Positions 1 through 9,164 of a DNA stretch of 64,000 nt are shown here, one piece after another. This DNA is from a virus, in IMG/VR virus record IMGVR_UViG_3300023176_002545; one strand, given 5' to 3'. The notes under the pieces are model-generated. The model was not told the origin of the DNA. It did not search any database and saw only the letters and a list, made by a program, of their open reading frames with translations. A program made the translations under genes and the position numbers. The number at the start of each line of letters is the position of its first letter. The first letter of the stretch is position 1.

Positions 1-453
1 AGTTTTACCTGCACCGGTTGCAATCTCTTGCAAGCTCTGTGGGTTTTGTAAAAAGTTATTGATTGCTGTAACTTGATAGTCACGCAGAATAATTTCTTCG
101 CCTTCTGCTGGATGTCCTTTAGGCCATACAACACCTTGGTCAGCCCAATAGCGTTCGTTAATAGTAGGAAAGTTAAATGTTACAGGATGTCTGTTATCTT
201 CAATGTCTACTATTTGGATATTATTTTTTTGTAAAATATCAACAATGACATCAAGATGATTAACGTAGCCTGTGCCGCCAATACCAAAAAAAGCAACCTT
301 ACCGTCCCATCGTCCAAGTTTATACTGGGGCATGTATCGAGCATAAGGCACTTCAAACTTAAGAGCATTGGCGAGTTTTCTTCTGACATCTACTTCTAAT
401 CCTTCTAGTTTGATGTTTACTTCATCTTCAATTATTAATCTACATGAACTCAT
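1..453 (-). CDS. uvsW: UvsW-like SF2 DNA helicase, N-terminal part (runs off window; not in ORF track)
   Basis: Manual translation from ATG at 453: MSSCRLIIEDEVNIKLEG...YARYMPQYKLGRWDGKVAFF...LRDYQVTAINNFLQNPQSLQEIATGAGKT. It has a Q-motif (LRDYQ), a Walker A motif (ATGAGKT) and a UvsW-type GxWDGK segment, and an ATGA overlap with the upstream gene. Confidence 0.85.
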   Translation of the reverse strand, partial: MSSCRLIIEDEVNIKLEGLEVDVRRKLANALKFEVPYARYMPQYKLGRWDGKVAFFGIGGTGYVNHLDVIVDILQKNNIQIVDIEDNRHPVTFNFPTINERYWADQGVVWPKGHPAEGEEIILRDYQVTAINNFLQNPQSLQEIATGAGKT

Positions 454-1637
454 TCTAAAGTTTCACACTCCGATTTTATTAACGGACTATGTCCATAATC
501 AATTCTTAAATCCGATGCACTTGCTAACCACGAAAACGCACTTCCGTATGCTCTTAAATTTTTTGAAAGATTTAAAACACACTGTGGTTTAAAATTCATT
601 AGCACCGGCTTTGGAATTTTAATACTGCTAATATACACTATTTTTGTTCTGTTGTCAACCCAATTATTCAATTTATTATCACGCACCCATTGATTAAATT
701 TTGATGTTTCAATTGAATCGTTAGGTATTCTAAACATTACAGAACGTTGAACCTTTACTGAATGTTTGTCAAACAACTTATCAATGTCATAGATTGTATC
801 AAATCTTTCTTCGTCTACTACAACAAGAATAGGATAACGACTTAGTTGATCTAATGATTCAACTAGTTCTTCTAGTGTTACAGATTCATTTTTAATATAA
901 ACTAACGACGATTTACGAAATGCTATTCTATCTGCAAGAGTTTTAATTTCATAATCAACATCAATATGTTCTATACCATACTGCATACGTCTGTCAATGT
1001 ATTTGATTACATTAGTATCAAACTCGCCGCAAGCAGCTTCAGCATTTGCTTTTGCTTTAGGATGAAGATTCTTTAGTTCTTTTTGATAAATTCCAGGCAC
1101 CCAATCTTCTAACATATAACTAGAGATAGTATTATACAAAGTTGTAAACTCTTCTGAGAACTCAAACTTTGTTAGTACATCGCCTACAACTTTAATATTT
1201 TTTTCAGTTAAATCAAACTGCCATCTGTTTTTACTGTTTGTTACTTGTCCAGTTGCGTATGTTCTTAGATCTTGTATTTGTTGAATAAGTTTTTTATTAA
1301 ATGGAAACTGTGCAATTATCTGCTTGCCTTCAATAAAAACTTTCTGTGTTCTATCAACTTCTCTAAAAGGTGTGCGTAAGACTTTGTTAGATATGATATT
1401 ATCAATGTCAATATTATTAGTAGCAAATTGCTCTTTATAATTTTCAAACTTGCGAACAAGCATGTCAAACTGTCTATCAGTTAGTGCAATACCTTTAAAC
1501 ACCTGACGTGCTACACTAGTTAAGATATTGTAGTCTTCTTTTTGAATTTCAAATTTGTAGCCGTTTAATTTATTAAGACCTGTTAATAACTCTAAACAAT
1601 CTTCAATTGTAAAATTAGGCACGTATGCTTTCTCCAT
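450..1637 (-). CDS. hypothetical phage protein (395 aa) coupled to the helicase
   Basis: Long ORF whose stop overlaps the helicase ATG; no recognisable motif. Confidence 0.75.
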   Translation of the reverse strand: MEKAYVPNFTIEDCLELLTGLNKLNGYKFEIQKEDYNILTSVARQVFKGIALTDRQFDMLVRKFENYKEQFATNNIDIDNIISNKVLRTPFREVDRTQKVFIEGKQIIAQFPFNKKLIQQIQDLRTYATGQVTNSKNRWQFDLTEKNIKVVGDVLTKFEFSEEFTTLYNTISSYMLEDWVPGIYQKELKNLHPKAKANAEAACGEFDTNVIKYIDRRMQYGIEHIDVDYEIKTLADRIAFRKSSLVYIKNESVTLEELVESLDQLSRYPILVVVDEERFDTIYDIDKLFDKHSVKVQRSVMFRIPNDSIETSKFNQWVRDNKLNNWVDNRTKIVYISSIKIPKPVLMNFKPQCVLNLSKNLRAYGSAFSWLASASDLRIDYGHSPLIKSECETLE

Positions 1638-1649
1638 TTATTATAAGTT

Positions 1650-1678
1650 AGTATACACTAAATTAACTTAGAAGTCAA
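1650..1678 (-). promoter_or_regulatory. sigma70-type (early) promoter
   Basis: On the minus strand TTGACT-17 nt-TATACT, directly upstream of the 395-aa gene. Confidence 0.65.
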
Positions 1679-2506
1679 GCGTTTAAGTGGAATTCCTTGA
1701 GAAATTTCTTCAATTGTAAACTCTGTCCAAGCGTAGTCGTTTAGCCATTGTATGCGATCAGGTCGTTGTGGGTATTCTATAAGTTCTAAGTTATGTCCTG
1801 CAACATCATATGCTAGGCTACTAGGACCAACAAAGGCAGGAACACCATTTAAAATTGAATGTATGCCAGGGTTACTACTCCAACTTACAGTAGCCCATAT
1901 GTTAGAATAATCTATGTCAAAGTCGTCATAACTGCCCGGTGTTTGTATAGGATTGTCTCTTTTGACGTTACGAAATTCTTTTTCTATATGCTCTAGTGGA
2001 CATCTAGGGTGTGGACGAAATATTATAGTACGTTTGCTGTGTTTTTGTATAGTCTCAATAGTTGACATAACCCAGTTACTCATACTAGGCATATTTCGCC
2101 ATTGCCAACTTTTATCGTGTTGTCCGCAAATTAAAATATCTTTACCTTTGTTATTCCAAGCCTTTAATCCCAATCCGAGAAGAGCAGCACGACTACTATC
2201 ATTCCCCATAGGGCCAAAATAAGCGTCTCTATTAATACCATTAAGTCCTACCTTCCACGTTGTTCCTCGTTTGATTCCACCCACTTCGAGAACGATTGTT
2301 GGCTTTCCAGACTGCCTGTTCTTCTCCCATATAGCTTTGTTAGGAGCCATTCTTCCATTGAACAATACACTCCAAATAACATCAACATCGGAGTCATCAC
2401 TATTATCAACAGTGGCATAGCCAAGGGTATCACAACCCGTTCTAAAAGCATCAAAAACAGGTTTGCTATTGAGGGCACCATATTTGTTCCATATACTAAA
2501 CTTCAT
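1658..2506 (-). CDS. putative glycosyltransferase (capsule-synthesis/KpsS-like GT-B family)
   Basis: ILICGQ...FRPHP and VSWSSNPGIHSILNGVPAF motifs, shared with two paralogues at 4012 and 4935. Confidence 0.65.
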   Translation of the reverse strand: MKFSIWNKYGALNSKPVFDAFRTGCDTLGYATVDNSDDSDVDVIWSVLFNGRMAPNKAIWEKNRQSGKPTIVLEVGGIKRGTTWKVGLNGINRDAYFGPMGNDSSRAALLGLGLKAWNNKGKDILICGQHDKSWQWRNMPSMSNWVMSTIETIQKHSKRTIIFRPHPRCPLEHIEKEFRNVKRDNPIQTPGSYDDFDIDYSNIWATVSWSSNPGIHSILNGVPAFVGPSSLAYDVAGHNLELIEYPQRPDRIQWLNDYAWTEFTIEEISQGIPLKRLTSKLI

Positions 2507-2545
2507 CGCTTAAATACCATATAGTTTATTTACAAAGGAATACAA

Positions 2546-3385
2546 ATGCCAGCAATAACTGTGGTTACTACTTTTCATAATGTTGGTTATGCAAAGTATG
2601 GAAAAAGACTTATTGAAAGTTTTTCCAAACATGTAGACCCAAGAATATGCCTTGTTGTTTATGCAGAAAACGTTAAGGTAGATAATCCAGACCCTAGTAG
2701 AATTACAATATTAGATCAAGAACAAGCACTACCAAAACTTGTAGCATTTAAAAACAAGTGGAAAAATGATCCTAAAGCAAATGGCATTCCACCAGACGAT
2801 ATTAAAGCAAGACGTCCGCGAGATCATCACAAAGCATTCAAGTGGGACGCAATACGTTTTGCTAACAAAACTTATGCAGTGTTTGATGCATTTGAAAAAG
2901 GCAAAGATTGGATTGTATGGATGGACGCAGACAGTTACATTCACAGTGATTGGAGCTACAACGATTTTATTTCTTTATTGCCTAACAACTCGTACATTAC
3001 ATACGTAGGTAGAGGTAAAGGTTCACAGACTTGGCCAGAGTGTGGATTTTATGGCATGAATAAAAATCATCCCGTATGTCATTCATTTATGCAAGACTTT
3101 GAAGCAATGTATGAAGATGCTGACAATGGTATTTTTAAATTAGAAGAATGGCATGACAGTTATGTGTTTGGTGAGATACTAAACAAGTACAAAGAGTTTC
3201 CATCGCATGATTACAGTGCAGATATGTATATGCGTGAAGCAAGTACAGGCGGAGGAGGTCATCCTCTTATTAATGGTCCACTTGGAAAATGGATGGATCA
3301 TATGAAGGGCGGACGCAAAGACACAGGCAAAAGTTTAGCAAAAGATCTTATTGTAAAACGAACAGAGGATTATTGGAATGATTGA
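2546..3385 (+). CDS. putative GT-A nucleotide-diphospho-sugar transferase
   Basis: N-terminal VVTTF strand, KTYAVF segment, DxD motif (WMDAD), ECGF and WHDSYVF segments typical of phage GT-A proteins. Confidence 0.65.
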   Translation: MPAITVVTTFHNVGYAKYGKRLIESFSKHVDPRICLVVYAENVKVDNPDPSRITILDQEQALPKLVAFKNKWKNDPKANGIPPDDIKARRPRDHHKAFKWDAIRFANKTYAVFDAFEKGKDWIVWMDADSYIHSDWSYNDFISLLPNNSYITYVGRGKGSQTWPECGFYGMNKNHPVCHSFMQDFEAMYEDADNGIFKLEEWHDSYVFGEILNKYKEFPSHDYSADMYMREASTGGGGHPLINGPLGKWMDHMKGGRKDTGKSLAKDLIVKRTEDYWND

Positions 3386-4022
3386 ACATTTAGGAATATT
3401 CTTACCTGATGTAGAAACACATTTCCAACGCATGTTAGACAAAAGTCTTAAAAAAGACAACTGTGTACGCTATCAATATCGTGTAAGAGATCATGCAATA
3501 AGTCTATTAGAAAACAAACGTATTGCACTAGACATTGGTGCAAATGTAGGTTTATGGACTATGGATCTTGTAAAAGACTTTAATCATGTACATTCGTTTG
3601 AACCTGTAAATGAATTTCAAGACTGTCTATTTCAAAATACCAAACACGACAATTATACTCTACATCCTATTGCACTAGGAGAAATAGAAAGCGAAATTGA
3701 TATGATTATTACACCTGATAATACAGGACACAGTCATGTTAATCCTAATAGTTTTGGTAGAGGTAAAACTCCAATGCGTACACTAGACAGTTTTAATTTT
3801 ACTGAAGTTGATTTGATTAAAATTGATTGTGAAGGTTACGAAGTTCCTATACTTAATGGTGCAAAAGAAACTGTATTACGCAATCGTCCTATGATGATAG
3901 TTGAACAACAAGATCACGAATATCAACAAGATAGAGAAACTCTTCCTGCTATACAACTGTTAGAAAGTTGGGGTATGAAGCGTGTTACTAATTTTAATAA
4001 AGACTGGATTCTTACTTGGTAG
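3378..4022 (+). CDS. FkbM-family SAM-dependent methyltransferase
   Basis: ALDIGANVG, VHSFEP, LIKIDCEGYE..IL.GA motifs. Confidence 0.9.
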   Translation: MIEHLGIFLPDVETHFQRMLDKSLKKDNCVRYQYRVRDHAISLLENKRIALDIGANVGLWTMDLVKDFNHVHSFEPVNEFQDCLFQNTKHDNYTLHPIALGEIESEIDMIITPDNTGHSHVNPNSFGRGKTPMRTLDSFNFTEVDLIKIDCEGYEVPILNGAKETVLRNRPMMIVEQQDHEYQQDRETLPAIQLLESWGMKRVTNFNKDWILTW

Positions 4023-4941
4023 CCCACTGACGCATCCAAGCCCAGCACTCACCACTTTTTAAATCTTCTTGATTCCAATGACACATTGCTAGTTTCTTAA
4101 TCCAATCTTCTCTATTAAACTCTTGTGGATTTTCTAACCTAGCCAAACTGTGATGTGAAACTTCAAATGCTTGACTGTTTTCAGGTTTAGGATCTGTAAC
4201 AAAAACAGGAACACCTTCGATTGCTGCTGCTACACCAGGACTACTATTATATGTAATAACTGCTGCTGCTTGTCCTAAATCTTCTACTAGTGTTTTTGTT
4301 CTACTGAGAATAACTCCTGATTTAAGTAATTTTTTATAGTGCTGTCTCCAGTTACCGTCACCTGGATGGAAACGTAGCATTACTGGTTTGTCTGAATATT
4401 TTTTAACTTCTGTAAGTGTTTCTAATACCCAATCAACAACACGTTTGCCGCCCATACTCCAGCCACCGTCTCGCTGGGCACATAGTACAATAAATTTTCC
4501 GCCATTGCCTCTGTGCGGTTTTAAATCAAATCCAATATCCTTTTTTATTTTTTCCCAACGATGATTTTCGTATCTGCTGTTACAATATTCTCCTGTAGTA
4601 GGAAACACACCATCGTAACTATAACGCAAGTAACGTTTAGTATTGCCATGATCGCGATATAAAAACAAATTACTATCTACTATTATTGTTCTTTTATTTT
4701 GTCTTGCCTGATGATCTAATACTGCTCTGCGTAATCTTAAATGCGGACTTCCTTCAGAATATTCATGAACATAACCTTGTATAACTGCTACATCACAGTC
4801 TATGGGTTTAGTATCGTAACAAACAATACCTCTATCTATTCCTGTTTTATTAACACCTATTGCATAGTTATTGATAATCTCTGGCTTTTCAGGATTTCTA
4901 TTATTAGCAGGTATTCCTCGCATGTAACTTGCTACTAACAT
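4012..4941 (-). CDS. putative glycosyltransferase (KpsS-like GT-B paralogue)
   Basis: IVLCAQ...LRFHP and VITYNSSPGVAAAIEGVPVF motifs. Confidence 0.65.
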   Translation of the reverse strand: MLVASYMRGIPANNRNPEKPEIINNYAIGVNKTGIDRGIVCYDTKPIDCDVAVIQGYVHEYSEGSPHLRLRRAVLDHQARQNKRTIIVDSNLFLYRDHGNTKRYLRYSYDGVFPTTGEYCNSRYENHRWEKIKKDIGFDLKPHRGNGGKFIVLCAQRDGGWSMGGKRVVDWVLETLTEVKKYSDKPVMLRFHPGDGNWRQHYKKLLKSGVILSRTKTLVEDLGQAAAVITYNSSPGVAAAIEGVPVFVTDPKPENSQAFEVSHHSLARLENPQEFNREDWIKKLAMCHWNQEDLKSGECWAWMRQWATK

Positions 4942-5735
4942 AAGTTATATTCCTCTTGTATCTTGTAGGCTGTGCCGTCTTGTAATTCTCTTGTATCGTA
5001 TTGACAATATGCTAACCAATGCAACCATTTAAGCACTTGTTCTCTACTAGGATAATATGGATTTTCTATTTGTGTAAAGTCTTGTGAACAAACAGAATGT
5101 GCAGCATTTGGTGCATTAGCAAAAGCAGGAACACCAAACGATACTGCTTCTGTTGCTGCTATACTGTTATAAGTTACTAGTGCAAAAACTTTTTCATCAA
5201 TCATTTGTCTGTATATACTACTGTCGCCTACACGTTCTCTTCTAGGTGGTTTGTCTCTAATTATAATTTTTCTATCTGTATGTTGTTTTAATTTTGTTAG
5301 TGTTTCATCTAACCATTCGTCTCTAGTAATTCCATAATATTTACAGGGTTTTTCGCTAGGAGTAACAACTAAAATACTGCTTCCTCCTTTACGCCAGCCT
5401 TTAAAAAATAACGGCGTACTAGAAGGCATATGTTTTTCTAATCTTACAAATCTATCATCAGGCACTTCAATAGGATTTAAATGTTGTACATTGTTTTTTA
5501 CAACTCTGTGATAATCTTTACGCTTACCTAAATTGCCTAAGTATCCAGTATCTATATAATAATAGTCGCGGCCTTCTGCTTGACAACTTGCCATAATTTT
5601 ACGTTTGGTCATGCCTCTAATAGCAACAGGAACATTTTTAGGATACAATGGTATTTGTTCTAAATATCCTGATGTGCCGTTAGTTCCTTGTCGCCAAAGT
5701 TCTAATATAGAATCTGTATGATCAAAAATTATCAT
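4935..5735 (-). CDS. putative glycosyltransferase (KpsS-like GT-B paralogue)
   Basis: YYIDTGY, ILVVTP...IRDKP and LVTYNSIAATEAVSFGVPAF motifs. Confidence 0.65.
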   Translation of the reverse strand: MIIFDHTDSILELWRQGTNGTSGYLEQIPLYPKNVPVAIRGMTKRKIMASCQAEGRDYYYIDTGYLGNLGKRKDYHRVVKNNVQHLNPIEVPDDRFVRLEKHMPSSTPLFFKGWRKGGSSILVVTPSEKPCKYYGITRDEWLDETLTKLKQHTDRKIIIRDKPPRRERVGDSSIYRQMIDEKVFALVTYNSIAATEAVSFGVPAFANAPNAAHSVCSQDFTQIENPYYPSREQVLKWLHWLAYCQYDTRELQDGTAYKIQEEYNLC

Positions 5736-6406
5736 AGTTTAAACATATCTCTTAGTTCTTGTTTCCAAAGATCACCGTATTCACAATCTCTATAATTTTC
5801 GAACCAAGGACCACCTTCTGTATAGTGTATTAGCTTTGGTGTTTCAATGTCATCGTATACACCAACAAGATAGTTCCACGTATGATCTAGTTCACCAATT
5901 TCTTCATCTTTAAGCCAACTAAAGCGATGCATGTAAGCACCGTTAAGTTCAATGTCATTAACAAAGTCTTGTGTTACTACTTTATTACTAGGGTGTCCGC
6001 AGTTCCATAGCACAACACTTGACCAATTCTTGCGTGGATAGATAGTTTGTTTCTGTCCGTCCATCTTTGTTGTCTCTGTGACTTTGTAATCATGATGAAC
6101 ACACATAACAGCATAACGATCATCTGCTTGATCAAACAGTTCTTTGATATCTGTTGTAAGGATCATATCACAATCCATAAACACAGCCCAGCCTTCAAAG
6201 TTAGTAAGTTCTGGAATAAGGAATCGTGTAAAAGTAAATTCTGTACTTGCAAGTTTATCAATAGGTCTAGTGTACCAACCTGCATCTCGTAATTCTTGTT
6301 GTTTAAGTGGACGCACATCGGCATTTGGCTGTTTACTTATAATACTATGTTTGCAAACTTGATATGCAATATCTTCTCTAGTATCGTATCCTACAAATAC
6401 TTTCAT
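5732..6406 (-). CDS. GT8-like glycosyltransferase (start revised to MKVFVGYD at 6406)
   Basis: VFVGYD, STEFTFTRF, FMDCDM (DxD), YPRKNWSS and HYTEGGPW motifs. ATG 6406 overlaps the stop of a 40-aa ORF as ATGA. Confidence 0.8.
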   Translation of the reverse strand: MKVFVGYDTREDIAYQVCKHSIISKQPNADVRPLKQQELRDAGWYTRPIDKLASTEFTFTRFLIPELTNFEGWAVFMDCDMILTTDIKELFDQADDRYAVMCVHHDYKVTETTKMDGQKQTIYPRKNWSSVVLWNCGHPSNKVVTQDFVNDIELNGAYMHRFSWLKDEEIGELDHTWNYLVGVYDDIETPKLIHYTEGGPWFENYRDCEYGDLWKQELRDMFKL

Positions 6407-6525
6407 TTTTTCCTTCCTTGATCGCAAACTTTTATAGTAATAACTTTGCCATCACCATCTGTAAATTCTTTATAAAGTGCTCCTTCGTGATACTCATGAC
6501 CACAATTTTCACAATGTTCTTTCAT
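6403..6525 (-). CDS. 40-aa Cys/His-rich miniprotein (not in ORF track)
   Basis: MKEHCENCGHEYHEGALYKEFTDGDGKVITIKVCDQGRKK. It fills the gap exactly, with a TAATG overlap upstream and an ATGA overlap downstream. Confidence 0.7.
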   Translation of the reverse strand: MKEHCENCGHEYHEGALYKEFTDGDGKVITIKVCDQGRKK

Positions 6526-7289
6526 TAATCCCTTCTTTCTATGTCTTCTTCTACACACGCCTCTCCACGCTGTATTTCAAGTATGTGTGCATTTTCGCCA
6601 TTTGGATTAGATGCTTTATGCCAAACACCAACATCAATTTCGTATCCTCTAGGTGCTCCTGGGATTAAATGAACAGTATCTTTTCTGCCTTCCCATTCAG
6701 TTTCCATTTTAACAACACCATCTAAAACATACCATTGTTCGCTACGCTTAGAATGTCGTTGATCGCTTAGACTTTTACCTGGATATATTACAAGCTCTTT
6801 TACTTTGTAACCTTTTTCAGGTTTGTTGTCTAACACACGCCAGTATCCCCAATCACGTTCTGTTTTTTGTGTTTTCCAATCATCAAGTATCCAACTACTC
6901 GAATTCTTTTTGTTTTCACCGCCCACACCAAACACAAACTCTACATCGTCAAATACCATTTCAGGAATGTTGTCTGCTGTCCTATCCCCTCCGTTAGCAA
7001 AGATAATATGGTCATTAGGATACATCATCTTAACGTTTTTAATTGCTTCAATTGAGGTGTTGTCATCATCGTCAAATAGCACACAATGATCAACCATTGA
7101 TAGATTTTGTAAAATAGTAGTGCGTTCGCTGATAGGCATAAACGCACGACCTTTTTTACGTTCAAGCCAACTGTCTGTGTTGACTCCTACAACTAGTTTA
7201 TCACCTAGTTGTCGTGCTGCTTTGAAATATTCAATATGGCCGGAGTGTAGTGGATCAAAGCCACCTGTAACTAATACTACTTTGCTCAT
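6525..7289 (-). CDS. cytidylyltransferase-like domain (RfaE/TagD type) fused to a C-terminal cupin (mannose-6-phosphate isomerase-like)
   Basis: VTGGFDPLHSGH (HxGH) and FANGGDR, followed by RDWGYW..L...KVKEL.I.PG..LS.QRH..RSEQW and WHKASN...ILEIQRG. Confidence 0.85.
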   Translation of the reverse strand: MSKVVLVTGGFDPLHSGHIEYFKAARQLGDKLVVGVNTDSWLERKKGRAFMPISERTTILQNLSMVDHCVLFDDDDNTSIEAIKNVKMMYPNDHIIFANGGDRTADNIPEMVFDDVEFVFGVGGENKKNSSSWILDDWKTQKTERDWGYWRVLDNKPEKGYKVKELVIYPGKSLSDQRHSKRSEQWYVLDGVVKMETEWEGRKDTVHLIPGAPRGYEIDVGVWHKASNPNGENAHILEIQRGEACVEEDIERRD

Positions 7290-7294
7290 GATAA

Positions 7295-7302
7295 TATTTA
7301 TA
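7295..7302 (-). promoter_or_regulatory. T4-type late promoter TATAAATA
   Basis: Exact TATAAATA on the minus strand, 5 nt upstream of the ATG heading the glycosylation operon. Confidence 0.65.
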
Positions 7303-7323
7303 TGAGCATATAACTAGTAAAAG

Positions 7324-7779
7324 TTAAACTGAAGCGTCTTCCATTCCTGCTACACGTAACTTAACAATGTTTGTAAGTTGCCATTGCTTTTGATCGAGCC
7401 CTTTACAAATACCTAACCATTTGTTACGTATAAGTGCAAATTCGTTGATAATTTTTTCGTAGTCAACAACGTCTGCCTCACCGTCAACGTATTTTTCAAC
7501 GTCACGGCTTGACAGAGCTCGTTGATAATTTTCAAGATACTTTTTAAAATATGAGCTACGCAATCTACGCAACTCAATATTTAAATAGTTTAAGATTGCT
7601 TCGATTTCTTGAAGTTGATTAAACCGATGTTCAACAATACCAGGTAGGTCGGCTGAAGCACGTTCGACGTTACCATATATCTTAACTTCTTTACGTGCTT
7701 CTTGCATTTCAGATTCAAAGTATGCTACTGCATCTGGAATCTTTGAAACGTCGCGAGATATTTCGCTATACCAACCCAT
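7324..7779 (-). CDS. uvsY: UvsY-like recombination mediator
   Basis: Helical 151-aa protein with YLENYQRALSSRDVEKYVDGEAD and KGLDQKQWQL..IVKLR.AGMED; syntenic with uvsX. Confidence 0.75.
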   Translation of the reverse strand: MGWYSEISRDVSKIPDAVAYFESEMQEARKEVKIYGNVERASADLPGIVEHRFNQLQEIEAILNYLNIELRRLRSSYFKKYLENYQRALSSRDVEKYVDGEADVVDYEKIINEFALIRNKWLGICKGLDQKQWQLTNIVKLRVAGMEDASV

Positions 7780-7781
7780 TC

Positions 7782-8021
7782 TTAATCCTCGTATTCATCA
7801 AAGTCGTCTTCGTCTCTTACATCTTCTTCCATGTCTAGATAATAGTGTATTGCATTATCTAAACTATGACTGTGACCTAAGCAGGACATCAACGTCTCGT
7901 CGGATACACCGTGATCAACAAGAAAATCAATATAACGTTCGGCTACTAAACTTACTTGTTTCTTATCAATGTACCCTTTGAATAAAGACCAAATTTCTAT
8001 AATTTGTTCTTCATTATCCAT
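7782..8021 (-). CDS. hypothetical acidic protein (79 aa)
   Basis: ORF overlapping the uvsX stop, within the operon. Confidence 0.7.
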   Translation of the reverse strand: MDNEEQIIEIWSLFKGYIDKKQVSLVAERYIDFLVDHGVSDETLMSCLGHSHSLDNAIHYYLDMEEDVRDEDDFDEYED

Positions 8022-9087
8022 TTACTACCTCCTCGTTTTCAGTAACTTCATCAGGTGTATTTACCTGTGCCGCTTCTTTTACGAGGTAATCTGACATTAC
8101 TTTATCAAGTAATTCACCGTTCCAATTTTTACGGTATTCAAGTAGCTCTTCGCCTTCGTTAGTAACATACTTCAAACGGTTACCACTTTTTTCAATAACG
8201 CCTTTTGCTTCAAACAATTCAAGCAAGCCGCTATATGGATTCATACCTGTTTCGTATGGAATCTTAACTTGTACACCTTCAAACGGTTTAGCATAACGTG
8301 TTTTCATAACCTTACAGGCTGCACGAATACCACGCACTTCACTGATCTTGTTACCATCTTCATCTTCTTTTAGTTTTAGTTTTTTCATTGCTACAACAAT
8401 TGAAGATGCATAGATAAAGCCTTGACCTCCTGAAATTTTATCATCTGGGTCAAACATATCTTGCGATGCGTAAGTGTGGTTAGTTGCTACAAGTCCTACA
8501 TTGTGTGAACCAAACATATTAACTGTGTTACGAACAAGTGCTGTTAGTGCTTTAGGCTTACGACCCATATCACCTTTCATATCACCCTTGTTAAACTGGT
8601 CTACGTCTGTAGGTGTTAACAACATACCTAGTGAGTCAACTACAAACAATACCTTAGGACGATCTTCTTCCGGCATTGCTTTGTAGTCTGCCATAAACGT
8701 ACTAATAGTCTTTGCTACGTCATCAATCATTGACATATTAAGTTTTAGTAGTTTATCTTCTGAAGTATCTACATCAAGTGCTTGTAGCCACGCTTCGTCA
8801 AGTGCGTTCTCTGAGTCAATAAGAACTACAAAGATGCCTTGGTCTTGTGCTGACTTTACAATGTTACCGGAACAAATATAAGATTTACCTGCACCCGATT
8901 CGCCTGCAAATACACTTACTTTGCCTAGCGGAATGCCTTTGTTCCAATCACCTGAAATAAGATAGTTGAGTGCATAGTTACCTGTGCTAATCCAATCAGT
9001 AGGATCGTTAAATCCTGCACTCATGCCTGTAATGGATTTTGTCAAAGTGTTTCTAAACTTTGATGGGTCAAATGCCTTAGTTGCCAT
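8014..9087 (-). CDS. uvsX: RecA/UvsX recombinase
   Basis: Walker A GESGAGKS, LIDSENALD, VVDSLG, and NHTY...SGG.GF.YASS motifs. Confidence 0.95.
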   Translation of the reverse strand: MATKAFDPSKFRNTLTKSITGMSAGFNDPTDWISTGNYALNYLISGDWNKGIPLGKVSVFAGESGAGKSYICSGNIVKSAQDQGIFVVLIDSENALDEAWLQALDVDTSEDKLLKLNMSMIDDVAKTISTFMADYKAMPEEDRPKVLFVVDSLGMLLTPTDVDQFNKGDMKGDMGRKPKALTALVRNTVNMFGSHNVGLVATNHTYASQDMFDPDDKISGGQGFIYASSIVVAMKKLKLKEDEDGNKISEVRGIRAACKVMKTRYAKPFEGVQVKIPYETGMNPYSGLLELFEAKGVIEKSGNRLKYVTNEGEELLEYRKNWNGELLDKVMSDYLVKEAAQVNTPDEVTENEEVVNG

Positions 9088-9120
9088 AATGTCTCCTATC
9101 TAAAAAGCCTTTGTAAAGTC

Positions 9121-9152
9121 TGTAGACTTGTTTATTAAAAAACAAGCCTACA
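9121..9152 (-). promoter_or_regulatory. 13-bp stem-loop between gp32 and uvsX (terminator, attenuator or processing site)
   Basis: Minus-strand RNA UGUAGGCUUGUUU-6 nt-AAACAAGUCUACA is fully paired with one G-U pair. Confidence 0.5.
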
Positions 9153-9164
9153 AACTTAATTTTA

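Noticed and set aside
5732-6427. ORF-track start at 6427 for the GT8-like gene (likewise 33299, 33843 and 39928 for other genes)
   Set aside because: Downstream ATGs at 6406, 33326, 33858 and 39895 give tight coupling or RBS support and more plausible N-termini.
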